IMG/VR virus record: IMGVR_UViG_3300028410_000001
From: a virus
Length of the DNA: 40,229 bases
Reading direction: 5' to 3' (one strand)
Shown here: positions 7,890 to 18,115 of the stretch, one piece after another
Layout of the letters: every line of letters begins with the position of its first letter
How positions within the stretch are numbered: position 1 is the stretch's first letter
Made by a program: the position numbers and the translations under genes
Notes under the pieces: generated by a model
Database searches by the model: none
What the model saw: the letters and a program-made list of their open reading frames with translations, nothing else
Told to the model about the DNA's origin: nothing

Positions 7890-8348
7890 ATGAATAAGGA
7901 AATTAATAAACTCGGCACCGACAACCTCAAGCGGGTGCTCGCCTTCCTGCTGATGATCAGCTTCGCGATCAAGGAACTCATTGAAAACTTCACCTTCGCC
8001 AAGGCGGTAGAGCTGGGATTCAAGCTCGCTCAAAACCAAGACCTGCTGACCGTCAGCACGGTCGCCCTGGCGGAACTGCGCGACCTTGATGTCTTCGAGA
8101 CAGAAGACGTAATCAAGTTCATCGGCATCAATTTCGACCTGGAAAACGACAGCCTGGAACAGCGCATTGAGGAAGCCCTCGACATCATCCCTGAAGCCTA
8201 CGCCCTTATCCTCGCTAACCTTGCCCTCTACACGAAAGTGAATCGCATTGTCACGAATTGGGGGAAGGTCACTGAGGCCCAGGTGAAAGACCTGCAAGGC
8301 CGCTTCGACGTCGCGACCCGCTTGGCCAGCGGGAAACGGGGCAATTAA
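7890..8348 (+). CDS. Hypothetical tail-module protein
   Basis: 152-aa ORF coupled to the next gene by a TAATG overlap. Confidence 0.55.
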   Translation: MNKEINKLGTDNLKRVLAFLLMISFAIKELIENFTFAKAVELGFKLAQNQDLLTVSTVALAELRDLDVFETEDVIKFIGINFDLENDSLEQRIEEALDIIPEAYALILANLALYTKVNRIVTNWGKVTEAQVKDLQGRFDVATRLASGKRGN

Positions 8349-9139
8349 TGACTGCCATCACCTGCGGCAGCTTCTACCAGGAGCTGCCGACCAGCTGGGA
8401 AGAAGCCGGGCCAATTGCGTGGGAGCTCCTGCGCGACTTGGCCCGGCATCCACCCGGCGAGGGAAAGCTGAAAGCCCTGCGCCGACTGTGCCAGCTGACA
8501 AGCAGCGACTTCGCCAGGTTCACGCCTGACGATGTCGCTGCCCTGGCGGCAGGCACGGAATGGCTCGACGTTGGCACCGCCCTAGACGTGCCAATTAAGC
8601 AGATGATGCGCTGCCGCTGGCGGGTTTATCACTGGCCTGGCTACCAATTCGTCGATGGCCAAGCCCTGGCCTACGCCTACGCTGACGAGTATTACGAGGA
8701 AGCCATTCAGGGCGACGCGAAGGGCTCGGCGGAAGCTACGCGAAACCTGCTGGCCACCCTGGCGCGGCCCATGCGAGGCCTGGAACGTCAGCCGATTGTC
8801 AGCCGCGCAGACATCGAAGCGAGGGGCGAACGCTTCCGCAAGATGCCGCCGGAATGGTACGCGCAAGCATTGATGTACTGGACTGGCGTGAAGCTTGCTA
8901 TTCATAAAACGTATGGTGATTACCTGTTCACGAAAGACGATAGCGGACCACCTTCTACTGCGCCCACCTTCAGCTGGTTCACCTGGTTTCGAGACATTGC
9001 TACGGAGGGAGCGTTCGGTGATTTAGCCGCCGTGCACCGCGCCGATTTTCACGACATCTGCCAGCACCTGGTGACCCGCGAAGGTCGCCGCCGCGACCAG
9101 GAACGAGCCATAGAAACCGCGCGAAATCAACACAAATAA
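8348..9139 (+). CDS. Hypothetical tail-module protein
   Basis: 263-aa ORF, tightly packed with its neighbours. Confidence 0.6.
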   Translation: MTAITCGSFYQELPTSWEEAGPIAWELLRDLARHPPGEGKLKALRRLCQLTSSDFARFTPDDVAALAAGTEWLDVGTALDVPIKQMMRCRWRVYHWPGYQFVDGQALAYAYADEYYEEAIQGDAKGSAEATRNLLATLARPMRGLERQPIVSRADIEARGERFRKMPPEWYAQALMYWTGVKLAIHKTYGDYLFTKDDSGPPSTAPTFSWFTWFRDIATEGAFGDLAAVHRADFHDICQHLVTREGRRRDQERAIETARNQHK

Positions 9140-9140
9140 T

Positions 9141-9596
9141 ATGCTCACCGAATACGCGCAATACAAGGACTACTTTCGTCAGCTCGCAGCTGATCACGTC
9201 GCCATCAACGACTTTGTTTTTGGTGGGAGCGACCGGATCATTAGCCGCCGCAATAGCAAGATCAACTACCCTTGCCTGTGGCTGACGACACCGACCGAAG
9301 TGAGGAAGCCGGACGGCCACAAAATGTACGACACCCTGATCGTGATCCTGACGAACGTGCGCCAAGACCACGAAGAGGAAGACGAGGTAAGCGAGCAAAT
9401 GAAGGTGATTGCTAATGATATCTATCTTCGCCTAAAGGAAGACGCCAATAAGGGGCTGTTCAATTTCGGATATAGCGACGTTGCGTTGCAGCCCAAGTTT
9501 CGAGCAGGTTCGGAGAACGATACCGGGTGGTCGATTGATTGCGATATCACGTTCGGCGATGGCGATTGCTATGACCCCGAAAAATTCAGAGCATAG
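9141..9596 (+). CDS. Hypothetical tail-module protein
   Basis: 151-aa ORF abutting its neighbours. Confidence 0.6.
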   Translation: MLTEYAQYKDYFRQLAADHVAINDFVFGGSDRIISRRNSKINYPCLWLTTPTEVRKPDGHKMYDTLIVILTNVRQDHEEEDEVSEQMKVIANDIYLRLKEDANKGLFNFGYSDVALQPKFRAGSENDTGWSIDCDITFGDGDCYDPEKFRA

Positions 9597-11078
9597 ATGG
9601 CCATTACTATTTTCACCGCTCCGCGCAGCCCTGCGCTAAGCCAGGACGACAATTACGTAGTACTCGAAACAGACATCCCGACCGCTTCCGCGCGGCCGGG
9701 CTTTCTCGTTTCCGGGATCGGCGCGAACACGAATGTGCTGCGCCTGCGCTGGGGCACGACGCTGGTGGAAATGACGTTTGTCGCGAACCCCACCAGCCCC
9801 CTCGAACTACGATCTGCCCTCAACCAAACCGCCGAAGAGTTCTATCCCCTGCTGATGGAGGGCTTGTTTTCTGTGCCGGCCATCGAGTCCGCTTTCATCA
9901 TTACCCTGACGGCGACGGGCGTATTGCTTACGCTGCGTGGCATCCCGAACGGGGCTTTGCTTGCAGGAAGTTCGGGTGTCACGGTGACTGTTTTCGGGGT
10001 GGGGGCGACGGCCAGGCCCAATCTCTCGGCGATGGTCAGCGTCTACCAGGTCGGCCGGGTGGCTCCGCTGGTGCGGCTGGAAGGCACCTATAACCCTGCC
10101 GGATTTACCGAAATTAATTTCGCTAATCTGTTGCCTGTGCAGGTCGGCTTACCCAACGCCAGCCTGATGGCGGGCGGGAATTACGGCGTAGAAACGCCCG
10201 GAGGATTCGCCGAGTTCTTCTTCAGGTACGCAGACCAATATGGTAGCCCGCCCCAGCCTGAACGGCTGACGAAATCGGCAAACTTCGCGGTGGTGGCGGG
10301 CGGTAGTGCGGGCGGATCACGGCGGCGGTGGGGCGCGAGCGGGAACATCCAGCTTTGCCACGCCTACTTCAATAGCCAGGATCAGTTTTTCTCGAAGCCC
10401 ATCGGTCGGCAGCAACCAGACTGGGTATATCTCTACGTCAATGCGGCGACCGCGACGACGGTATTCGTTACGGTGACCTTTTCAGATGGCACGACGGCAG
10501 AGCGTCAGGTGTCGGCATCGGTCGCCCTGGCGAAGGGTTTGCATGCGTTCCCCAGCGGGCCACTGCAAACTGCCATCGCCAGCGTTACCGGAGCGGACAC
10601 CAAGTTGGCGGTTCGCTACACCTTCGAGCTGCGCAGCCTTGGCCCCAGCGTCACCTACGATTTGCTTCCAGATTTTCACCCCTGGCAGGTGGTACTTGCC
10701 TACGATAATGGCGCGGGGGGCATCGAAACAGTGGCCATGCGCGGCATCGCAGAGCGTGGCTATCGCGTAGAGGCCAGTACTTTTAGGCGGGCGCAAAAGC
10801 GGGTGCAGGGATCTGATGAAGGGAGCATAGTGACCTACGACGCAGAGGGCGCATTCTCACACCGCCTCCGGTCTGGCTATTACCCAGCTGACTATATTGA
10901 GCACCTTCGCGCCCTGATGCTGGGGCGGGTCTGGCTGGTCGACACCCTCGCGCGTCGCTTCGTGGCCGTCCAGATTGATGGTCGAAGCCTTTCCCTCACG
11001 ACTGACGACGACGACCTGCATGCACTAGAGTTCACCATCACCAGTGCGACGCCCGACAGAGGCGCACACAATTTCTAA
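9597..11078 (+). CDS. Large tail/baseplate structural protein (function unassigned)
   Basis: 493-aa ORF downstream of the tape measure. Confidence 0.55.
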   Translation: MAITIFTAPRSPALSQDDNYVVLETDIPTASARPGFLVSGIGANTNVLRLRWGTTLVEMTFVANPTSPLELRSALNQTAEEFYPLLMEGLFSVPAIESAFIITLTATGVLLTLRGIPNGALLAGSSGVTVTVFGVGATARPNLSAMVSVYQVGRVAPLVRLEGTYNPAGFTEINFANLLPVQVGLPNASLMAGGNYGVETPGGFAEFFFRYADQYGSPPQPERLTKSANFAVVAGGSAGGSRRRWGASGNIQLCHAYFNSQDQFFSKPIGRQQPDWVYLYVNAATATTVFVTVTFSDGTTAERQVSASVALAKGLHAFPSGPLQTAIASVTGADTKLAVRYTFELRSLGPSVTYDLLPDFHPWQVVLAYDNGAGGIETVAMRGIAERGYRVEASTFRRAQKRVQGSDEGSIVTYDAEGAFSHRLRSGYYPADYIEHLRALMLGRVWLVDTLARRFVAVQIDGRSLSLTTDDDDLHALEFTITSATPDRGAHNF

Positions 11079-11083
11079 CGATC

Positions 11084-12793
11084 ATGCTGAAACTGTACAT
11101 CAACGATGGCCTGGTCGATCTACCTCCCGACGTGGCCATCACCATTAAGCGTAGCAACCCGGCCTACATGGGGGAAGATGTGAACGTGATCAAAAGTACC
11201 TTCTCCTTCCCTTTCACCCTGCCGCTTTCTGCGCGAAACAGGGAGATACTTGGCTTCCCTGATCGCCTGGACAATGCTGCTACGCTGCCCGAAAATATGC
11301 CAGCCTACCTGGTTGCAGGGGCGGGCACCTTGCTAAAGGGACTGGTGACAGTCCAGGCAGCGACCCGCACCACCGCGAAGGTTTTCTTCTATAATAATCC
11401 CCTGGCTGATCTCGCGAAGCAGTACATCGACGACACCGACCAGGGCGTTTTCCAGGCCAGCAGCGAGGCGGACCTGGCCACCCGCATGAAGTTCACCGCC
11501 GAGAATCCGCTGGAACAGGATTTTATATTTTGCCCTGTGTACAACTTGGCCCTGCGCGACGATGACGAGTTCATCCCACCCGTCAGCGACTTCATGAATA
11601 GCTGGAACTATGATGGCCAGCGTTTCATTACTGCGTTTCATGTCGCGCCTTTCCTTCGCGTTGCTCCGATGTTGCGCAAGGCCATCGAGGCGGGAGGGTT
11701 CACCTTCACGGATGGCTTCCACGTCACACCCGAATTACAACGTCAGATACTGATCACGAACCGATCGCTACGTTTTGAGACCGCGCTGAGCTTGCGCATC
11801 CCCCTGAAGATGTGCCTGCCGAAAACGAGTATTACAGACTTCCTGAAAAGCCTTTGCCGGACCTACTGCCTGGCACCCTTCACAAATTTGAATGGTACCC
11901 ACATAGACCTGAGCCCGCTCGGCCCTCTGGTCAATGGCCCCATCGCTCGCGACTGGAGTGCGTACACAGAGGATGATTATGAACGCCAGTCCGCCGGCGC
12001 GAACGTGGCGCGCTATGAGTGGGGGGAGGAGGCGCATACCCTGACCTACTACTTCAGCACCTGGTCGCAGGATCACCCGATCCCGGTGCTGACCGTGGCC
12101 GACTTCGTGAACGAATCAAACCAGATAATCCAGATCCCCAACAATCAGGTCTACTACTTTCATGGCCGCAGTGCGGTGTCTATCCCGAAGCGGATCCCGG
12201 GCCTGTTGGGCCGGGAATTCCAAAACAGTTTCGGGTATATCGAGAACCCGGGCGGGGGAGAGACAGTCTCCCCTTCGCTACTGCCCGCTCAGACGCACAT
12301 CGTGTACAGCTTCCCCAGTAATCGCGACCAAATCGTATTGCCTACTGTGTCCATGCAAGTGGTAGGAATAGAGACGGCACCCTTCGAGGTGCCCGTCGCG
12401 TTCGGCGAAATCACCAGCCAGACGGGGGAGATTGTGGGGCAGCTATCGTTCTATCGTGGAATGCGGACGACCCGAAACGGTCAGCGGTTCCCTATGTCGA
12501 ACCACGCGCCGAGCAACGCCTTTTTCCGCAAGCTGCCTGAAGACAACGTAAGCCTGAACTGGCTTGGGCCGAACGGCCTCTACGAGCAGTGGTGGAAGGA
12601 ATGGGATGGGATGCTACGACGTGCCAGCGTGGTGAAGCGTCGCTTCCTGCTGCCCCTTACTGAGCTGATCGCCTTCGACTTTCGCGATAAAGTGCGCGCT
12701 GGTAATCGGAATTACTTCGTCCGCGATATGGAGTTTACTGTGTCAGCGAAGGGGGTAAGCCCAACGACTTGCACGCTGGTTACTGTATCTTAG
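11084..12793 (+). CDS. Large tail/baseplate structural protein (function unassigned)
   Basis: 569-aa ORF in the tail module. Confidence 0.55.
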   Translation: MLKLYINDGLVDLPPDVAITIKRSNPAYMGEDVNVIKSTFSFPFTLPLSARNREILGFPDRLDNAATLPENMPAYLVAGAGTLLKGLVTVQAATRTTAKVFFYNNPLADLAKQYIDDTDQGVFQASSEADLATRMKFTAENPLEQDFIFCPVYNLALRDDDEFIPPVSDFMNSWNYDGQRFITAFHVAPFLRVAPMLRKAIEAGGFTFTDGFHVTPELQRQILITNRSLRFETALSLRIPLKMCLPKTSITDFLKSLCRTYCLAPFTNLNGTHIDLSPLGPLVNGPIARDWSAYTEDDYERQSAGANVARYEWGEEAHTLTYYFSTWSQDHPIPVLTVADFVNESNQIIQIPNNQVYYFHGRSAVSIPKRIPGLLGREFQNSFGYIENPGGGETVSPSLLPAQTHIVYSFPSNRDQIVLPTVSMQVVGIETAPFEVPVAFGEITSQTGEIVGQLSFYRGMRTTRNGQRFPMSNHAPSNAFFRKLPEDNVSLNWLGPNGLYEQWWKEWDGMLRRASVVKRRFLLPLTELIAFDFRDKVRAGNRNYFVRDMEFTVSAKGVSPTTCTLVTVS

Positions 12794-12843
12794 GGCTTTG
12801 ATATTCAAAGGCCTCTAAGAACGAACGTCTCACCTTGCTTTCC

Positions 12844-13605
12844 ATGAAACAGATTACACTGCCAGTTTCCGGCCTGACTTGGGCGGTCATGCGTCACCGA
12901 TATGGACCCGGCGTTATCCGCCTGCATCGAAATGATCTGCGCAGGCGAGAGCTGAGACACGTTGGCCCTACCGATATCCACCTTGAGCGGAAACAGTATG
13001 CCCTCACCCACGCCGTGACGATCGAAGTCAGTAGCCAGGAATACGACCACTTGGCAGGTCGCTTGCCTGAAGTAGGGTTCTATCTCTACGCCCAGGACAA
13101 AAACAGGATGTCGGCATTCGTCTGGTCGCAGGTCACGGCCGGGCTCCCTGCTCTCGCTGCGCTGAAAAACTATTACCTGCTACGCGGGATTACTGACGAC
13201 GAGCACGACATCGAGACCGCAGAACGACAATGGAAGCGGTGGCGAAAAGAATATGAAAAAGAACGGGTACCAAATACCCCGGATAATGTCCCCCGTTTGG
13301 TACCCGTTCTTTTGTCGGAGCGTCAAGCGGAAGTATTGGCTGCCAGGTTAGTCAGCCTAGCAAAGGTGGTTTGCACTGGAATGGACCCGCGATATCTTCA
13401 AGCTATCCCTATTTGGGTTTTTTGCGACTTCACGACGATGACACACCAAGAGGTTGCGAACAAGTTTAAAAGATGGCGACCCAAGGTAACAACAAGTGCA
13501 AGGCGATTCAGGGATTACCTTTCGCACCATTCTGAGCTTCGAATACTCGCCAGCTACTGCCTGAAGACGACGCTTGCCAAGCCAACGCCCTCGGCTGCGT
13601 CCTAA
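12844..13605 (+). CDS. Basic R/W-rich protein with an HTH-like C-terminal part; not obviously structural
   Basis: ATG 12844 (MKQITLPV...). LSERQAEVLAARLV ... MTHQEVANKFKRWRPKVTTSARRFRDYL loosely resembles sigma region-4 / LuxR-type HTH. Confidence 0.45.
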   Translation: MKQITLPVSGLTWAVMRHRYGPGVIRLHRNDLRRRELRHVGPTDIHLERKQYALTHAVTIEVSSQEYDHLAGRLPEVGFYLYAQDKNRMSAFVWSQVTAGLPALAALKNYYLLRGITDDEHDIETAERQWKRWRKEYEKERVPNTPDNVPRLVPVLLSERQAEVLAARLVSLAKVVCTGMDPRYLQAIPIWVFCDFTTMTHQEVANKFKRWRPKVTTSARRFRDYLSHHSELRILASYCLKTTLAKPTPSAAS

Positions 13606-13637
13606 CGATTGCCAGCGAATAGCACGATTATTGTATC

Positions 13638-14372
13638 GTGTCATTTTCTATCCCCAACATTGAGCGATATTTCGGAGCCAGCTTTGCGGGCTTGCAGCCG
13701 ATCGTCAAGGTCGTCGTGCCTGACGATGTGCTGAGCTTCAACGATGCTAATGCAGAGGCTGGCGTCACAGTGAAGCAGGGCAAGCAGATATACACGCTCA
13801 AGGTGGAGCCGCGCAGCGGTGTAGCGCAGGAGCAATTGCGGGGCGGGGTGCATGGTGATCATCACGAGCGTTCGCTCGCCTTCACCTTCCGACACAATCG
13901 CCAGGAGCTGGTGGACCTGCGCGCCAGCTGCATGAATCAGCGCGTACACGTGATCTTCACAGACGCGAATTGCACCACCTACCTATATACGAACCTGCGC
14001 CTTCGCGCTGCGGATGCGACGAGCGAGACGGCAGTCACGTCGCTACGCTTCGAGGGTAGCAGCGTGCAACCCACCAGCTTCGTGCAGGGCGTTATTTTGC
14101 CGCCCGCGCCCAGCCCCGAAATAGACGAAGACAATACGGGCATCGACGAAACGCCCGACGGTATCGACACCTCCGGCGGCATCGATGGCGGTGCCGCAGA
14201 CGTAGACCTGGGCGGGCCTACTGATGGCGGAGACGGCGGGGACGGCGGCGGCGATGGGGGCGACGGCGATGCGGGCACGGACGTTGGCCGGCTGCTTCAG
14301 CCCTCGACTGGCGACTACTTCACGCTGACCGTCACGGCTTGTGAAGGCCTACTACTCACGAAAATTACCTAA
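13638..14372 (+). CDS. Hypothetical tail-associated protein with a Gly/Asp-rich C-terminal linker
   Basis: 244-aa ORF with a GTG start; contains the GGDGGDGGGDGGDGDAG tract. Confidence 0.5.
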   Translation: MSFSIPNIERYFGASFAGLQPIVKVVVPDDVLSFNDANAEAGVTVKQGKQIYTLKVEPRSGVAQEQLRGGVHGDHHERSLAFTFRHNRQELVDLRASCMNQRVHVIFTDANCTTYLYTNLRLRAADATSETAVTSLRFEGSSVQPTSFVQGVILPPAPSPEIDEDNTGIDETPDGIDTSGGIDGGAADVDLGGPTDGGDGGDGGGDGGDGDAGTDVGRLLQPSTGDYFTLTVTACEGLLLTKIT

Positions 14373-14375
14373 CGC

Positions 14376-14687
14376 ATGTCTCTAATTATCCCACTGAAGA
14401 CGGGTACCCGCGCGGACATCATCGCGATTGGTGTGGCGGGCACGGCTTGCCCTTCGGCCCTCTACCGCGCGACTGATCAGAAGGCGGTATGGTTCGGCGC
14501 GGAGGATGGAAGCCTGATTGGGCCCTTCATTACAGAGGCAAACGCGGGGCCTCAATTCTATGCCAGCTACGCGAACGATACCGAGGCGGGCAACAACAAC
14601 GTGCCGCTCGGTGGCATATACTTTCTTACCCTCACAAACACCTATGGCGGCATTGAGGGTACTCCGAAAAAACGAACTGAACAATAA
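14376..14687 (+). CDS. Hypothetical small tail-fibre-associated protein
   Basis: 103-aa ORF whose stop overlaps the fibre ATG (TAATGA). Confidence 0.5.
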   Translation: MSLIIPLKTGTRADIIAIGVAGTACPSALYRATDQKAVWFGAEDGSLIGPFITEANAGPQFYASYANDTEAGNNNVPLGGIYFLTLTNTYGGIEGTPKKRTEQ

Positions 14688-17600
14688 TGAAGCAATTACT
14701 TTCTCTGCTCTTTCTCTGCCTTCTTTGCACCGGCGTCCGCGCCCAAAACGCTGCCCCCCTGAAGGGGACGGGCGTACTGCACTATAAGGACATCCCGACC
14801 CACGTGCCCGATACGCGATCCCCACAGGTGGTCTTCGTCGTCGATTCGCTGAAGTGGTACGTGTACGACGCTGACGCTACCGCCTGGCTCCAGCTTTCTG
14901 GTGGCGGTGGGCAAGGGATTGACGGGAAAAGCCTGCTCAATGGGCAAGGCGCACCGGCCAACAGCCTGGGCAATAATGGCGACTTCTATATTGACACTGA
15001 TGCCGACCGCATCTACGGCCCCAAGGGCGGCGGCGTGTGGGGAAACGGGACACTGATTACTGGCCCGGCCGGCCCGACTGGGCCAGCGGGCGCGGGCGTC
15101 GTGATTGTTGGAACTGTGGCCAACGCTGCCAGCCTGCCGAGCCCCTACAATGGCAACATCGGCGACATGTTCATTACAGAAGATAACGGTGGGGGCTATG
15201 TATATAATGGTAGTACCTACACTTACGTGGGTCCGATACGGGGGCCCCAGGGTGAAACGGGAGAAACAGGATTGACCGGCGGGGTCGGCCAGACGGGAAC
15301 GGCAGGAGCTGCTGCGACCGTTGCGGCGGGTACGACGACGACGGGGGCCGCTGGCACGAATGCCACCGTCACGAACGTGGGGACGCCACAAAACCGAACG
15401 CTTAATTTCGTTATCCCGCGCGGGGATACGGGGGCGACTGGTAGTACGGGTGCGACTGGTAATACAGGGGCGACCGGCCCGGCGGGTGCTGATGGTGCGA
15501 CTGGGAATACGGGGGCGGCTGGTGCTGATGGTGCGACTGGGAATACGGGGGCGACTGGTAATACTGGCCCGACCGGCGCGGCTGGTGCTGCCGCGACAGT
15601 AGCGGCAGGGACGACAACGACGGGTGCAGCGGGCACCAACGCCACCGTCACGAACGCGGGAACGCCACAAAACAGAACGCTTAATTTCGTTATTCCCAGA
15701 GGGGATACAGGGGCGACTGGTAATACAGGGGCGACTGGATCGACCGGCCCGGCGGGTGCTGATGGCCCGGCTGGTGCTGATGGTGCGACTGGGAATACGG
15801 GGGCGACTGGTAATACTGGCCCGACCGGCGCGGCTGGTGCTGCCGCGACAGTATCGGCAGGGACGACAACGACGGGTGCAGCGGGCACCAACGCCACCGT
15901 CACGAACGCGGGGACGCAGCAAAACCGAACGCTTAATTTCGTTATTCCGCGCGGGGATACGGGGGCGACGGGTAGTACGGGGGCGGCTGGTAATACAGGG
16001 GCGACCGGGGCGACCGGCCCGGCTGGTGCTGATGGCGCGGCGGGTGATGATGGCGCGACTGGCAATACTGGACCGACCGGCGCGACTGGTGCTGCGGCAA
16101 CAGTAGCGGCAGGGACGACAACGACGGGGGCCGCTGGCACTAATGCCACCGTCTCAAACGCGGGGACGCCACAAAACCAAACGTTTAATTTCGTTATTCC
16201 GCGTGGGGCGACTGGATTGACTGGCGATACGGGCCCGGCTGGTGACGATAGTACGGACGATCAGACGTTAGCTGAGGTTCTTTCGCAGGGGAACACCATG
16301 AACACAAGCTTGAATACCGATGGAAACTTCATTCAAAACGGCACCGGCCAACACGGGCTGACCATGCTAGGAAACGGCGGGATGCTTTTGCGCGGAAATG
16401 GCGTTAGCAGCATCGATGGGGTTAATTTTATAGATTTCAGATATACCGCAACGCATAAGCTCAATACGATTGGAGCTTTGCGCGGTTCCAGCAATTTTGT
16501 TTTTGCCTACGCTGTTGAGCCAAATCCCCTGGTAAATGAGCAATACATTTCAAGTGCAGATAATATCGCGTGGCCACGAACTTCTTTTGAAACAGGTGAC
16601 GCGCTAATTTGGCGCGGGCTACCCGCAACTGTCGCTGCAATGGGGTCAGTCGTTGCGTTGCCAGAATTATTCAAAGTTGAAACAGACGGACAAGCTTTCT
16701 TTCCTAGTGCGCAAGCGGCAGGAGGTGGAAGCGACGGGGTACTGTATGGTAATTCTGCTGGAAGACTTCAAAAGTATTCTAATGGAGTTCCGCAAAACCT
16801 TATCAACAGAACCAACCTTGACGCTGACCTGCTAGACGGTCAGCATGGGAGCTATTACTATTCGCCTGCTAATTTGCCCGCCACAGACGGCAACGGCATA
16901 TACTCCACCTCCGCAACCATACCAGTCGGCCGCGTTGCCTCAGCAGCCAGCCACACGGGCGGGACGGTCGGCAGGACAAAGCTGCATTTTGCCGAGGCGG
17001 GCGCATCCAGCAGCCGACACACAGGGTTTCAATCCTTTGCGCAGGCGTCCGACACAGGCGTAAAGCTGGATCATCGCGTGAACAACGTGGGCGCAACCCT
17101 TTCGTCAAGCCTTGAGTTGTCCAACCTGGTGGACAAAAGCAGCTTTTCAAATGATACCTGGTATTATAATAATGCAGCTAATACAGTACTTAGGGGATTC
17201 AGATTTGTAGGCGATAAGCCTGCGATACGGGTCGGGTCGGCTAGTTTCATTGATATGCCAGCCGCGTTGCCAACGCACGACAACAGCGCGTGGATAGTGG
17301 ACGCAAATGGATCGGGCGGTAAGTACAAACCAGTCAGCTACCGAGCGGCAAAGGATCGGGAGGTGACCCTCACAAACACAAGTTTTGCGACTGATGCTGA
17401 ATTGCAATTAAATGTGCCAGTAGGTGTTTACGACGTGCGCTGCAAGCTTATTTTTCAGGGCGAAAACACAAACAGCGAACTAATGTACCGCGTCACAGCA
17501 GCAGCAACAACAGGCAGGGTAAACGCCTATACGTCGAAGGGGGAAAGCGTGTTGACGCAAGCCTTTACTGGCAACACGTTTGGGGAACTGTACAGGACTG

Positions 17601-17764
17601 AAAATGCGGCGGGCGTTCACATGATTATTATCGAGGGAACATTACAGGTATTTGGAGCATCAACCCTTGTGGCGGTTCAGCGCGGCGTGCTAGATGCTGA
17701 CGATTCTGTCACCCTTGAGCAGGGTTCGTTTATCGAATTAACCCTTAATACCGTTGGCCTTTAA
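14687..17764 (+). CDS. Collagen-like repeat tail fibre protein
   Basis: 1025 aa with long G-X-Y runs ([37 protein letters not shown]...). Four repeats of [38 protein letters not shown], then a non-repetitive C-terminal domain. The N-terminal boundary is uncertain. Confidence 0.8.
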   Translation: MKQLLSLLFLCLLCTGVRAQNAAPLKGTGVLHYKDIPTHVPDTRSPQVVFVVDSLKWYVYDADATAWLQLSGGGGQGIDGKSLLNGQGAPANSLGNNGDFYIDTDADRIYGPKGGGVWGNGTLITGPAGPTGPAGAGVVIVGTVANAASLPSPYNGNIGDMFITEDNGGGYVYNGSTYTYVGPIRGPQGETGETGLTGGVGQTGTAGAAATVAAGTTTTGAAGTNATVTNVGTPQNRTLNFVIPRGDTGATGSTGATGNTGATGPAGADGATGNTGAAGADGATGNTGATGNTGPTGAAGAAATVAAGTTTTGAAGTNATVTNAGTPQNRTLNFVIPRGDTGATGNTGATGSTGPAGADGPAGADGATGNTGATGNTGPTGAAGAAATVSAGTTTTGAAGTNATVTNAGTQQNRTLNFVIPRGDTGATGSTGAAGNTGATGATGPAGADGAAGDDGATGNTGPTGATGAAATVAAGTTTTGAAGTNATVSNAGTPQNQTFNFVIPRGATGLTGDTGPAGDDSTDDQTLAEVLSQGNTMNTSLNTDGNFIQNGTGQHGLTMLGNGGMLLRGNGVSSIDGVNFIDFRYTATHKLNTIGALRGSSNFVFAYAVEPNPLVNEQYISSADNIAWPRTSFETGDALIWRGLPATVAAMGSVVALPELFKVETDGQAFFPSAQAAGGGSDGVLYGNSAGRLQKYSNGVPQNLINRTNLDADLLDGQHGSYYYSPANLPATDGNGIYSTSATIPVGRVASAASHTGGTVGRTKLHFAEAGASSSRHTGFQSFAQASDTGVKLDHRVNNVGATLSSSLELSNLVDKSSFSNDTWYYNNAANTVLRGFRFVGDKPAIRVGSASFIDMPAALPTHDNSAWIVDANGSGGKYKPVSYRAAKDREVTLTNTSFATDAELQLNVPVGVYDVRCKLIFQGENTNSELMYRVTAAATTGRVNAYTSKGESVLTQAFTGNTFGELYRTENAAGVHMIIIEGTLQVFGASTLVAVQRGVLDADDSVTLEQGSFIELTLNTVGL
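14719..14744 (+). promoter_or_regulatory. Late-block repeat motif, copy E, lying inside the annotated 5-prime end of the fibre ORF
   Basis: CCTTCTTTGCACCGGCGTCCGCGCCC; core at 14726-14743. A 22-nt run ctttgcaccggcgtccgcgccc (14723-14744) is identical to 34761-34782. Confidence 0.55.
15308..16250 (+). repeat. Four tandem repeats of about 250-280 nt within the fibre gene
   Basis: Units start near 15308, 15587, 15839 and 16091; each opens gctgc.gcgac.gt..cggc.gg.acgac.acgacggg. Confidence 0.85.
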
Positions 17765-17776
17765 AATCAAAACCCT

Positions 17777-18115
17777 ATGAAGCCTGGATACCTCAATTAT
17801 GGCGAACACCCTCGCGGCGATACCATAGACGCCAAGACATTCACGCTGACCACCACCAGCGCAGGCACAACTGCGCCTATCAACCTGACCGGCGCGGACG
17901 TAAGAATGACGTTCAGCCTTTCAGGTGTAAAAGTCGCTTTCACCACAGGTGGCGGTATTACGCTGACCGATGCCGCAGCGGGTATTTTCAGGAAAGATAA
18001 GTTCTCCTTGCCCCACGTGGGGGTGTGGAGCTTCGACCTTCAGGTTATCCTGAATGGAGATACGAAAACGTACATTGTTGGACAGATTGAAATAATTAAA
18101 GACATAACCGCATGA
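17777..18115 (+). CDS. Small beta-rich fibre/baseplate-associated protein
   Basis: 112-aa ORF between the two fibre genes, overlapping the next gene by 4 nt. Confidence 0.55.
   Translation: MKPGYLNYGEHPRGDTIDAKTFTLTTTSAGTTAPINLTGADVRMTFSLSGVKVAFTTGGGITLTDAAAGIFRKDKFSLPHVGVWSFDLQVILNGDTKTYIVGQIEIIKDITA

Noticed and set aside
14200-14275. Gly/Asp repeat (GGDGGDGGGDGGDGDAG) in ORF 13638-14372 as a functional repeat element
   Set aside because: It is a short low-complexity linker, and the antisense 99-aa ORF there is a shadow frame. It is not distinctive enough to report as a finding.
15400-15960. RGD tripeptides (IPRGDTG, three times) in the fibre as integrin-binding motifs
   Set aside because: They arise from the junction of the conserved IPRG module with a G-D-T collagen triplet, and there is no reason to invoke eukaryotic adhesion.
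14696-16149. Very long minus-strand ORFs (408 aa at 14696-15922 and 308 aa at 15223-16149), plus several plus-strand off-frame ORFs across the fibre repeats
   Set aside because: They are antisense or off-frame readings of GC-rich G-X-Y codon repeats. Their products are low-complexity Arg/Pro/Ser or Pro/Ala/Val strings. The sense frame has a coherent collagen-like architecture.
15308-16250. Fibre repeats as template/variable repeats of a diversity-generating retroelement
   Set aside because: No reverse transcriptase or accessory gene is present anywhere in the genome. The substitutions between units are not adenine-specific by eye.
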